A DNA stretch of 64,000 nt from an uncultured Lachnospiraceae bacterium. GTDB lineage: Bacteria > Bacillota > Clostridia > Lachnospirales > Lachnospiraceae. The translations under genes and the position numbers were made by a program. Location of the stretch: positions 206,442-270,441 of the forward strand of contig CAMUMG010000003.1 in NCBI GenBank assembly GCA_947089905.1. Reading direction: 5' to 3'. A model generated the notes under the pieces. The model was not told the origin of the DNA, ran no database searches, and worked only from the letters and a program-made list of their open reading frames with translations. Below are positions 1 to 8,444 of this stretch, piece after piece; position 1 is the first letter of the stretch, and every line of letters starts with the position of its first letter.

Positions 1-829
1 TCTCGTCGATCACCATACAAGAAGCAAAACCGTCACCATCCATATAATCATAATAATTTACATCATCTTGCGATAATACAAATGGCTTTTTATCTGGAGG
101 CAAAAGAATAGATCCCTCTTTATAAGCCATTGTACCATCCTCTTGTTCTACAAGTTGAACCACATCATGGATACTAACTAAAACATATCCTTGATCATAC
201 ATTTGCTGCATCATTTCCTGAAACTCAGAAATTGTAGTCATATAATAATTATATCCATTGGAATCATAGTCATTGTCAAACGCTTTCGATGTATCTGCAA
301 TGAGCGAGTGAAAAAAGATATGATTTACTTGTGCTGAGGAAGAATATGCTCCAAATGGCACACATTCCGCCTTTTTTGCCTCTATTTCAGTTAATAAAGT
401 CTGAAACTCACTATTTGCTTCATAACCATCATAAGACTGAATTAATTCTATAGCAGTATCATAATCATATCCAGCAGCAAGAAACTTCGCCTGTTCTAAA
501 ATTTTTTGTTCTTCTTGTTTTCGTCTTGCTATTTCCTCTTCTTGTTTTTGCTTAAGTAGTTGTTCTTCCTCTAATTTTTGTTCTCTTTCGCTTTCTTTTT
601 CCTGCTCTTTCTCTTTTTCCTTCTCGTTTTCTGGCGTGCTGATTTGATTACTTTCCTGTTCATTTTCTATTCTGTTTTGTTTGCTATCTTGTGGTTGTGC
701 CCTTTTTACCGCAGATACAATCAAAAGACATAATATTAAAGTAAGTAAGATTACTCCTTCTACTAAAATAATTTTACTTACTTTTTTTTCTTTTTTTATC
801 TCTTTATTGTTTTTATTTTCTTTATTCAT
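1..829 (-). CDS. 5' part of a membrane-anchored protein. It has an N-terminal TM helix, an E/K-rich linker, then a domain resembling polysaccharide-deacetylase-family proteins. The 3' end runs off the window.
   Basis: Own translation of the minus strand. ATG at 829-827 is preceded by GGAGGA. MNKENKNNKEIKKEKKVSKIILVEGVILLTLILCLLIVSAV... stays open to position 1. It is absent from the ORF track because it is truncated. The family call is from memory of the NHIFFHSLI-type motif. Confidence 0.55.
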   Translation of the reverse strand, partial: MNKENKNNKEIKKEKKVSKIILVEGVILLTLILCLLIVSAVKRAQPQDSKQNRIENEQESNQISTPENEKEKEKEQEKESEREQKLEEEQLLKQKQEEEIARRKQEEQKILEQAKFLAAGYDYDTAIELIQSYDGYEANSEFQTLLTEIEAKKAECVPFGAYSSSAQVNHIFFHSLIADTSKAFDNDYDSNGYNYYMTTISEFQEMMQQMYDQGYVLVSIHDVVQLVEQEDGTMAYKEGSILLPPDKKPFVLSQDDVNYYDYMDGDGFASCMVIDE

Positions 830-916
830 TTGCGTTCCTCCACTCTGTATTACTTATTCTTCCAAAAAAGGAGCTACTGCCTATTTTGGCTGTCAGCTCC
901 CTGTCTTTGAGTTTTT

Positions 917-1171
917 CTACTTACCACATAAATATTTTTCAATATTCTCCATTGCCTCTTTTTCATCTGCTCCTTCTATTACAACTACGATTTCTTCTCC
1001 TTCTGGAAGCCCCATACTCATCATTCCCATAATACTTTTGGCATTTACTCTTTTTTTCCCACATTCAATATAAATAGTACTTTCAAATTGACTCGCTACT
1101 TGTACGAGTAATGCAACCGGTCTGGCTTCTAATCCTGCCGGAATTTGAATTGTGATCTTTTTTGTAATCAT
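917..1171 (-). CDS. HPr-family (Crh-like) module. It may also be translated on its own from an internal ATG.
   Basis: MITKKITIQIPAGLEARPVALLVQ...KRVNAKSIMGMM. The Ser46 motif KSIMG is kept and position 15 is Glu, not His. GGAGGG lies 10 nt upstream of the ATG at 1171-1169. Confidence 0.6.
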   Translation of the reverse strand: MITKKITIQIPAGLEARPVALLVQVASQFESTIYIECGKKRVNAKSIMGMMSMGLPEGEEIVVVIEGADEKEAMENIEKYLCGK

Positions 1172-2128
1172 TTCACTTTTGCCCTCCTTTTCCCTCAAAA
1201 CCTCTGCAATACTACACAACTTCTTTAATCGATGATTGACACCTGACTTTCCAACCTTTGGACAAAGCAAGTCCCCTAATTCCTTTAAGGTTGCATCTGG
1301 ATAGTCAATTCTAAGCTGTGCAATTTCCTCTAAACCTTCTGTCAAATACTCTAAACCAACCGTATTTTTAATATAATTGATATCCTGAATTTGACGAGAA
1401 GCTGCTGTGACAGTCTTTTGGATATTGGCCGTTTCACAATTTACCTTTCGGTTGACGGAATTTCGTACCTCCTTTAATATTCTAACATTCTCCAATTCCA
1501 TCAAAGCAACTGGTGCCTGCATAATATTTAATAGTTCTACAATCTGTGATCCCTCTTTTAAATATACAACGTAATAGTGTTTTCGAGAAATGATTTTTGC
1601 CTCTACTTCGAAAGAATTCATAATTGTTTGTAAGCGTTGTGCTAAAAAATCATTTAAAAATACCATTTCTAAATGATATGTTTTTTCTGGATCTGCAACA
1701 GAACCTACACTTAAAAAAGCTCCTCGAATAAATGCCCGTTTACAGCAGGTATTTTGTACAACAAGGTGATCTGTATAAAGAAATAAAGAACCGGAAGGTG
1801 ATATTTGCTGTTTTAATTTTAAAGTTTGCATTATGATTTGTACTGTTTTTGTTCCTTCTAAAACTAAGATATAAACAAAAACTTTCTTTCTTCGACGTAC
1901 TATAATTTTGGCAGAAATTCTGAAAATATTTTGAATTAGCCAAAATCCTCGTCTGCTGACAGAAATATTTTCTGTCTGTAATACTAGACATTCTAATTGT
2001 CCCTTCCTTTTTTCTATTCTTTCACTACAACATTCCATCATTGCCGCTAGTTCAGCAATATTACAATGTCTTCCAAAGGAATTGACTTTTTCCAGCTCTC
2101 TCTTTACTTTTTTTGAAAATGACACCAT
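917..2128 (-). CDS. whiA: WhiA (sporulation/cell-division DNA-binding regulator) fused in frame to an HPr/Crh-like domain
   Basis: Single 403-aa ORF. Residues 1-319 look like WhiA (MVSFSKKVKRELEKV..., C-terminal HTH ...GVNHRLKKL...). The last 84 aa are an HPr fold. There is no stop codon between the two parts. Confidence 0.8.
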   Translation of the reverse strand: MVSFSKKVKRELEKVNSFGRHCNIAELAAMMECCSERIEKRKGQLECLVLQTENISVSRRGFWLIQNIFRISAKIIVRRRKKVFVYILVLEGTKTVQIIMQTLKLKQQISPSGSLFLYTDHLVVQNTCCKRAFIRGAFLSVGSVADPEKTYHLEMVFLNDFLAQRLQTIMNSFEVEAKIISRKHYYVVYLKEGSQIVELLNIMQAPVALMELENVRILKEVRNSVNRKVNCETANIQKTVTAASRQIQDINYIKNTVGLEYLTEGLEEIAQLRIDYPDATLKELGDLLCPKVGKSGVNHRLKKLCSIAEVLREKEGKSEMITKKITIQIPAGLEARPVALLVQVASQFESTIYIECGKKRVNAKSIMGMMSMGLPEGEEIVVVIEGADEKEAMENIEKYLCGK

Positions 2129-2152
2129 TTTTAACCTTCCTAAAGATATCTG

Positions 2153-3007
2153 CTATGTTTTTTCAATATCTCGATGTTCTGCTTTCACTCCATATTCTGT
2201 TTGCTTAAATCGTCGGACAAGTTCATTTGTAATCGTTACAGAACGATGTTTTCCACCAGTACATCCAATTCCTATAACTAATTGATTTTTTCCTTCTGCA
2301 ATATAATTTGGAATCAGAAAATTTAACAGATCTTCTAACTTGTCCAAAAAGATTCCTGACTGAGGTGTATTGAGAACATAATCCCTCACAGTAATATGAT
2401 TGCCTGTCTGTCGTTTTAATTCTGGCACATAATATGGATTGGCAAGAAAGCGTACATCAAATACTAAATCTGCATCAAGCAATATACCATACTTAAAACC
2501 AAAAGATACTACAGTAATAAAAAAGTTATGATAAGAACCATTTTCTACAAAGATATGATCAATTTCTGCCTTTAATTCCCGTACCAATAAATGACTTGTA
2601 TCTAAAATATAATCTGCTTCTTCTTTTAAAAATTGGAGCTGTCTGCGTTCCTCTTCAATCCCTTTATCTACCCTTCCAGGACCTGCCACTGGATGAGTTC
2701 TACGAGTTTCTTTATAGCGTTTAACAAGAACCTCTGTTGAAGCATCTAAAAACAAAATTTCTCTATGAATTCCTTTTTCATCCATCTGTGCCATCACTGG
2801 ACGAAACTCTTCTAATGTTTGACCATTTCGAATATCAATTCCAATTGCAACTTTACCGATTTGTTTATTTTGAGTCGTAAGATTTACAAATGTTAAAATT
2901 AATGGTACGGGCAGATTATCTACACAGAAATATCCCGCATCTTCTAACATTTTTAAAACAGAACTTTTTCCTGCACCAGACATTCCAGTTACTATTACAA
3001 GCCGCAT
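2153..3007 (-). CDS. rapZ: RapZ/YvcJ-type P-loop nucleotide-binding protein (RNase adapter family)
   Basis: MRLVIVTGMSGAGKSS Walker A and C-terminal GCTGGKHRSV motif. Start moved to the ATG at 3007, behind GGGAGAGGG. The track ORF begins 6 codons earlier. Confidence 0.85.
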   Translation of the reverse strand: MRLVIVTGMSGAGKSSVLKMLEDAGYFCVDNLPVPLILTFVNLTTQNKQIGKVAIGIDIRNGQTLEEFRPVMAQMDEKGIHREILFLDASTEVLVKRYKETRRTHPVAGPGRVDKGIEEERRQLQFLKEEADYILDTSHLLVRELKAEIDHIFVENGSYHNFFITVVSFGFKYGILLDADLVFDVRFLANPYYVPELKRQTGNHITVRDYVLNTPQSGIFLDKLEDLLNFLIPNYIAEGKNQLVIGIGCTGGKHRSVTITNELVRRFKQTEYGVKAEHRDIEKT

Positions 3008-3025
3008 TGCCCTCTCCCTTTTCAT

Positions 3026-3958
3026 CTACCATGTTTCTGGAAATTCTCCCACCATTTTTATTTCTGGTTCAAGAAGAATACCTGATTGTTCTTTTACTCT
3101 TTGTTGTATCATTTGCATCAGACGAATTACATCTTGAGATGTAGCTTCTCCTGTATTAATAACAAAACCACAATGTTTTTCCGAAACTTGTGCTCCACCA
3201 ACCTTAACGCCTTTTAATCCTGCTTCCATAATCAATTTTCCTGCATAATTACCTTCTGGGCGTTTAAATGTACTTCCAGCACTTGGATATTCTAATGGCT
3301 GTTTTTCCTTTCGCGTTTGGGCATATTGATTGATTTTAGCTTTGATCTGTTCTTTTTCCCCTTGTTTCAATAAAAATACTGCCCGTAGTACAACATCAGA
3401 AATGCTTTGAAATATACTGGTTCGATAGCCATATTGTAACTGCTGTTTTTGTAATGTCTTTTCCTGTCCAAACTCATCTAACACATCTACAGAAACTAAA
3501 AAATCTTTTATTTCACTGCCATAAGCACCTGCATTCATTACAACTGCTCCACCAAAACTTCCCGGAATTCCGGCAGCAAATTCTAGTCCTTCCAATCCTG
3601 CTTCTGCTGCAAATAGAGAAATTTTAGAAAGTGGCAGATCTGCATCGGCTGATAATAAGATTCCCCTTTTTTCTTCTTGTAACTTTGGTAAAGTTTTGAA
3701 TTCATTATGAATAACTACTCCTCGAAATCCAAAATCAGAAACTAGTAGATTACTTCCATTTCCCAAAATCATATAGGGTACTTTCTCTTGTTTGCATAAA
3801 AGTAAGACGTCTTTTAACTCTCTCGTGCATGATGGTACTGCAAAATAATCTGCAGGACCACCGATTCGAAATGTAGTATGTCTGCTCAATGGTTCATTTT
3901 TCTGCACGCCTTTCGCCTTTAGAATACGTGTTAATTCTCGATAAAATAAATCCTCCAT
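3026..3958 (-). CDS. murB: UDP-N-acetylenolpyruvoylglucosamine reductase
   Basis: 310 aa. Motifs RHTTFRIGGPADYF, GNGSNLL, GSTFKRP and SEKHCGFVIN are typical of type II MurB. Confidence 0.9.
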   Translation of the reverse strand: MEDLFYRELTRILKAKGVQKNEPLSRHTTFRIGGPADYFAVPSCTRELKDVLLLCKQEKVPYMILGNGSNLLVSDFGFRGVVIHNEFKTLPKLQEEKRGILLSADADLPLSKISLFAAEAGLEGLEFAAGIPGSFGGAVVMNAGAYGSEIKDFLVSVDVLDEFGQEKTLQKQQLQYGYRTSIFQSISDVVLRAVFLLKQGEKEQIKAKINQYAQTRKEKQPLEYPSAGSTFKRPEGNYAGKLIMEAGLKGVKVGGAQVSEKHCGFVINTGEATSQDVIRLMQMIQQRVKEQSGILLEPEIKMVGEFPETW

Positions 3959-4140
3959 CTTTTTACTCCCATTCTTTATGGCAACTCCGCACAGATGCAG
4001 AACCGAAGCCTTTCTTAATACTTATAGCATGAATTTATGCAAATAGCTATATTTTGATGTTAGAATTTTCGTTTTTGCCATATTGTTTCAATTCACTGAC
4101 TATTTACTATATGTATATCCTCTATATTTAGGGGATATTA

Positions 4141-5085
4141 CTATTTCTTTGATAAAATTAATTTAGCACAACCATAAATTCCCGCATCATTTCCAAGTTC
4201 CGCTAAACGAAATTCTTTATTGGAGAGAGCAGATAAAATATTTTTATTATAATATTTTCGTATTACATCAATCAAAATTGCCCCTGCCTTTGAAACTCCA
4301 CCACCAATAACAAATATTTGTGGATCCACTACTGCTGCTACATGGGAAAGTGCCAATGCTAAATATTGTCCAAGTTCTTCCACTAACTCCATAGCTACAC
4401 TATCTCCATTTTTTGCAGTATCAAAAACATCTTTTGCAGTCAGATTTTCATATTTACGTAGAACCGATTCCTGAGCCTGTTCAGAAAGTAGTTTTTTTGC
4501 CATACGTACAATTCCGGTTGCCGAAGCATATTGTTCTAAATGTCCATGACCTCCACAGCCACATTGATCGGTTTCTGTTGGATTTACTATAATATGTCCT
4601 ATTTCTCCACCTGCTCCATTACTACCAGCAACTACACAACCACCGACGATAACACCTCCCCCAACACCTGTTCCAAGTGTTACCATAATGATATTTTCAT
4701 AGCCTTTTCCGCCTCCCTGCCACATTTCACCTAATGCTGCTACATTGGCATCATTGGCAGCTGCTACCTTTAGTCCTGTTAATGCACTCATTTTTTCGTT
4801 GACATTAAAAACACTCCATCCTAAATTTGCACATTTTAAAACGGTTCCATCTTGTGTAACTGGTCCTGGTACACCAATTCCAACTCCTATTACTTCCTCA
4901 TTTTTTAAATCTTTTTCTTTTATTTTTTTGAGAATAGTATCTGCTACATCTTGAGGAACGGATTCTCCATGATTTTCTCTATTAGTTGGAATCTCCCACT
5001 TTTCTTTTAATTCTCCCTCTCTCGTAAAAAGTCCACATTTTATAGAAGTTCCCCCAATATCAATTCCAAAGCAATACTGTTGCAT
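4141..5085 (-). CDS. glcK: ROK-family glucokinase
   Basis: 314 aa. GIDIGGTSIK N-terminal ATP motif and CGCGGHGHLE zinc/ROK signature. Confidence 0.85.
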   Translation of the reverse strand: MQQYCFGIDIGGTSIKCGLFTREGELKEKWEIPTNRENHGESVPQDVADTILKKIKEKDLKNEEVIGVGIGVPGPVTQDGTVLKCANLGWSVFNVNEKMSALTGLKVAAANDANVAALGEMWQGGGKGYENIIMVTLGTGVGGGVIVGGCVVAGSNGAGGEIGHIIVNPTETDQCGCGGHGHLEQYASATGIVRMAKKLLSEQAQESVLRKYENLTAKDVFDTAKNGDSVAMELVEELGQYLALALSHVAAVVDPQIFVIGGGVSKAGAILIDVIRKYYNKNILSALSNKEFRLAELGNDAGIYGCAKLILSKK

Positions 5086-5101
5086 AGCTTACACTTCCTT
5101 T

Positions 5102-6028
5102 CTAATTTTTCTTCATCAAATTACTGGTAACTGTATTATATAACTCTTGAGCTGCATTATATCCCATCTTCTTTTGACGGAAGTTTACAGCTGCTGACTC
5201 ACAAATCACCGCAAGATTTCTACCCGGACGGATTGGAATGTTATGGCAAACAACACGATTTCCTAAAAATTCAGTATACTGTTCCTCTAATCCTAAACGA
5301 TCGTATTCCTTATCTTTTACCCATTCTTCTAATTTAATTACTAAATCAATAGACTGTGTATTTTTTACACTTTCTACTCCAAATAATGTTTTTACATTAA
5401 TAATTCCAATTCCTCTAAGTTCAATAAAATGTCTTGTAATATCTGGTGCTGTGCCAATTAAAGTTTCATCACTGACTTTTTTTATTTCAACTACATCATC
5501 ACTGACTAAACGGTGACCTCTTTTTATCAACTCTAGTGCTGCCTCACTTTTTCCAATCCCACTTTCTCCCATTATTAAAATACCTTCTCCATAGACATCT
5601 ACTAAAACACCATGTATGGAAATTCTAGGAGCTAGTTCTACATTTAGCCATCTAATTACCTCTGCCATAAAAGAAGATGTTGTTTTATCTGTACGAAATA
5701 ACGGCACTCCAACTTCTGTTGCAATTTTACGAATATCTTCTTTAATCTCAATTCCTCGGCAAAATACAATACAAGGCATTTTAAAACTCAGGAGTTTTTT
5801 CATAATTCCTGTTCCATGATCTTCCTCCATTTTTTGCAAATAAGCATATTCTACATTGCCAATTACCTGAACCCGATCGGAATCAAAATAATCAAAAAAA
5901 CCCGTTAATTGTAATGCAGGACGATTTACATCTGGCTGTGTAATTTTGATATTACTGATATCTAATTCCGGTGTACAATTTTCAAGTTTCATTTTTTCGA
6001 CTAATTTACTCAATTCAACAGTATACAT
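5102..6028 (-). CDS. hprK: HPr kinase/phosphorylase
   Basis: 308 aa. GESGIGKSE P-loop and a LVSDD...IELRGIGI signature region. Confidence 0.9.
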   Translation of the reverse strand: MYTVELSKLVEKMKLENCTPELDISNIKITQPDVNRPALQLTGFFDYFDSDRVQVIGNVEYAYLQKMEEDHGTGIMKKLLSFKMPCIVFCRGIEIKEDIRKIATEVGVPLFRTDKTTSSFMAEVIRWLNVELAPRISIHGVLVDVYGEGILIMGESGIGKSEAALELIKRGHRLVSDDVVEIKKVSDETLIGTAPDITRHFIELRGIGIINVKTLFGVESVKNTQSIDLVIKLEEWVKDKEYDRLGLEEQYTEFLGNRVVCHNIPIRPGRNLAVICESAAVNFRQKKMGYNAAQELYNTVTSNLMKKN

Positions 6029-6124
6029 TTCCTTCTCCTTTTTCTATCTAAATTCACGATACTATCTTTTACTGACTTATCTTATCATATTTTTGCTGCT
6101 TAATCAACTATTCTTCTTTAGCTG

Positions 6125-8188
6125 CTAAACCTTAAATTTAGACATTTCTTGCTCCATTTCTACAGAAACCAGAGATAAATTTTTTACACGTTCTGCCACA
6201 ATACGAATTCCTTCATACTGTTCTTGTAAAGAAGAAAAGGAATCTTTTGTCAATTCAGCTGTATTTTTAGAAATATCACTGATTCTATTAATTGCAGATA
6301 CAACAGAATTATTAATTTGATACATTTCATTTACCATTTTTTCTATTTCCTGTATAGAACTTGTAGTTTTAGAATTCATTTCCTCTAGTTTGTCAAATGT
6401 CTGGTCAACTATCATAACAGCCTTCATTTGACTTATCATCTTTTCCTGCATTTCTTTTATATTTTCTACTGTATTATCAATATCTCTACAAAATTCTTGA
6501 ATAATTTGTTCAATATCTTTTGTAGCAATGGTAGAGTCTGATGCCAACTTACCAATGGACTTTGCTACAACAGCAAATCCTTGTTCTCCTGATCTAGCGG
6601 CTTCAATACTTGCATTAAGTGATAACAATTTTGTTTGAGAAGAAATTTTTTGAATTGTAGTGACAATCTCTGAAATCCTTTTTGACTGATCTTCTAGTTT
6701 TATAATCTTTTTATAAGAGTCTTTCATCATCTGAGTTGTTATTTCATTTTGTTTCCTTAATTGCTCTATATTTTGTATTCCCTGTTTCCTCATTTCTACC
6801 GATAATTTACTATCTGTTATTAATAATTCACTTCCTTCTTTTAATTGTGTAAATCTTTTTTCCATCTGTTCTGTATGTATTATTACCTGTTTTACATCTT
6901 GATTTTGGCTATCTGTTCCTTGAAAAATTTCATGAACTGATTCACGGATAAAACCAATCTTTTTTTCTATATCTACTAAATGGCTGGAACTTTGTATTAC
7001 TTCTTTAGTGAATATAGTAATTCTACTTAAAATACCCGATATTTTTGTGGTCATACGATTAAAACTTTTTGATAAAGTTCCAAGCTCATTATTACTATTT
7101 TCCTCTGCTTGTATTGAAAAATCTCCCTCAGAAGCATTTTTTACTAATTTATTTAACGTTATAATTGGTTTTGTCAATTTTCGTGTCTGTATAATGATTA
7201 TGATAATAGCTCCTGAAATTGCAACTAATACAATGAATACTAAAATGGAAATCATTCTGTTTACTACTGCTTTTGCAGTTGATTTTTCTTGAAGTGTAAT
7301 AATAGACCAAGAATCAGACTCTCCTTTTAAAGTAATTGGTGCATAACTTATATAATAATCCTTTTCATGATCTGTAATCTCTTTTACCCCACTATTTCCA
7401 GTCATAACCTCTTTAATAATACCTTGATAATCTTTTGAAATTTCAAAACTTTGTTCCTCTGTTACAATATTTCCATTTATATCTGTACGTGTTTTTCCAT
7501 CATTATCTTTAAGAGAAACTGTTTTAGTAAGTGTTTTATAATTGTATTGTTCTTGAATTTGAATACTTTCTGGATGTGCTACTACAGCACCCTCTCCATC
7601 AATAACAAAAGAAATTACTTTTCGTTTTGCATCCGAATATCTATCAATCATACTTTGTAGATAATCCAATTTTAAATCAGCAGCAAAAACGCCAACAAAT
7701 TCATCCTCTTGATACATAGGGAAAAAGATCGAAGCACAGGGCATACCTGTGTTGACTGAATAATAAGAATGGGAAATAAATGCCTTTTTTTGTTCCATCA
7801 TTTGAATAAACCACCAACGATTAGAACGATCTGCTAATGTTCCAGAAGAACGTCCTGTCTGCATACCATCTATTCCTTGTATATAAAGTAATTCTAAATA
7901 GGAATTTCGTTCTGTACAATCTTTTAAAATAGATGTTTGTATCTCTGTCTGCATAGTAAGAATACTTGGATTTGTCGCTAGTTCTTCTGTGATCATATAT
8001 GCAGCATCTACAAATATTTTAATACTTTCTGCAATAAGTTCTGCCTGATCCCGATTTCTATTTTGAATTTCCTCTTCGTGAAGGGATGTAAAAAATATGG
8101 CTATAATGATAACCAATATTGTAGCAAGTAACATTACTATTGTAATCATCGGTATCAACATCTGTCTAAAAATACTTTTATTTTTCAT
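6125..8188 (-). CDS. Methyl-accepting chemotaxis protein with an extracellular Cache-like sensor, HAMP and a signalling domain
   Basis: Start set at MKNKSIFRQ (ATG 8188, AGGAGAG RBS). One TM helix, a periplasmic-type domain, a second TM helix, HAMP (NELGTLSKSFNRM), then LSLNASIEAARSGEQGFAVVA. No che genes are nearby. Confidence 0.85.
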   Translation of the reverse strand: MKNKSIFRQMLIPMITIVMLLATILVIIIAIFFTSLHEEEIQNRNRDQAELIAESIKIFVDAAYMITEELATNPSILTMQTEIQTSILKDCTERNSYLELLYIQGIDGMQTGRSSGTLADRSNRWWFIQMMEQKKAFISHSYYSVNTGMPCASIFFPMYQEDEFVGVFAADLKLDYLQSMIDRYSDAKRKVISFVIDGEGAVVAHPESIQIQEQYNYKTLTKTVSLKDNDGKTRTDINGNIVTEEQSFEISKDYQGIIKEVMTGNSGVKEITDHEKDYYISYAPITLKGESDSWSIITLQEKSTAKAVVNRMISILVFIVLVAISGAIIIIIIQTRKLTKPIITLNKLVKNASEGDFSIQAEENSNNELGTLSKSFNRMTTKISGILSRITIFTKEVIQSSSHLVDIEKKIGFIRESVHEIFQGTDSQNQDVKQVIIHTEQMEKRFTQLKEGSELLITDSKLSVEMRKQGIQNIEQLRKQNEITTQMMKDSYKKIIKLEDQSKRISEIVTTIQKISSQTKLLSLNASIEAARSGEQGFAVVAKSIGKLASDSTIATKDIEQIIQEFCRDIDNTVENIKEMQEKMISQMKAVMIVDQTFDKLEEMNSKTTSSIQEIEKMVNEMYQINNSVVSAINRISDISKNTAELTKDSFSSLQEQYEGIRIVAERVKNLSLVSVEMEQEMSKFKV

Positions 8189-8382
8189 AACTACTCTCCT
8201 TATGTATTCAAGAACGCTATTGGTATTCTTGCATTTTTTATTATAGCGTATCAAAATAAGGAGTGCAACGAAAAATTCATTCTAGTATATGGTAAACCTA
8301 GAAATAAAAATATATTCTGCGTTTCTCATACATTTTAAGGAACGATTTTAAGATAAATTCATAGATTAAAGCTAGGAATTAG

Positions 8383-8411
8383 TTGACACTTTTCTAAGTT
8401 TATGCTAGGAT
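8383..8411 (+). promoter_or_regulatory. Putative sigma-A promoter of glmS
   Basis: TTGACA (8383-8388), 17-nt spacer, TGc-TAGGAT (extended -10, 8406-8411). It lies about 35 nt upstream of the glmS ATG. Confidence 0.45.
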
Positions 8412-8444
8412 AATTTTTTAAATTAATAGAAAGGAGTGAAGGTT

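Noticed and set aside
681-1073. 130-aa plus-strand ORF
   Set aside because: It is antisense to the 5' end of the partial membrane protein gene and to the HPr-like module. It is a low-complexity hydrophobic translation of AT-rich DNA.
1740-1991. 83-aa minus-strand ORF inside whiA
   Set aside because: It is an alternative frame within a well-supported WhiA coding region.
3959-4140. 182-nt murB-glcK intergenic region: possible leader RNA or an 18-codon ORF
   Set aside because: I found only a weak hairpin (ATATCCCCT/AGAGGATAT, with no T-run) and a mini-ORF without an RBS. Nothing is supportable.
8255-8444. Looked for a glmS ribozyme upstream of glmS
   Set aside because: The interval is AT-rich and lacks the conserved GC-rich core and pseudoknot segments. 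The leader from the best promoter is only about 30 nt. I report this as an absence, not as a feature.
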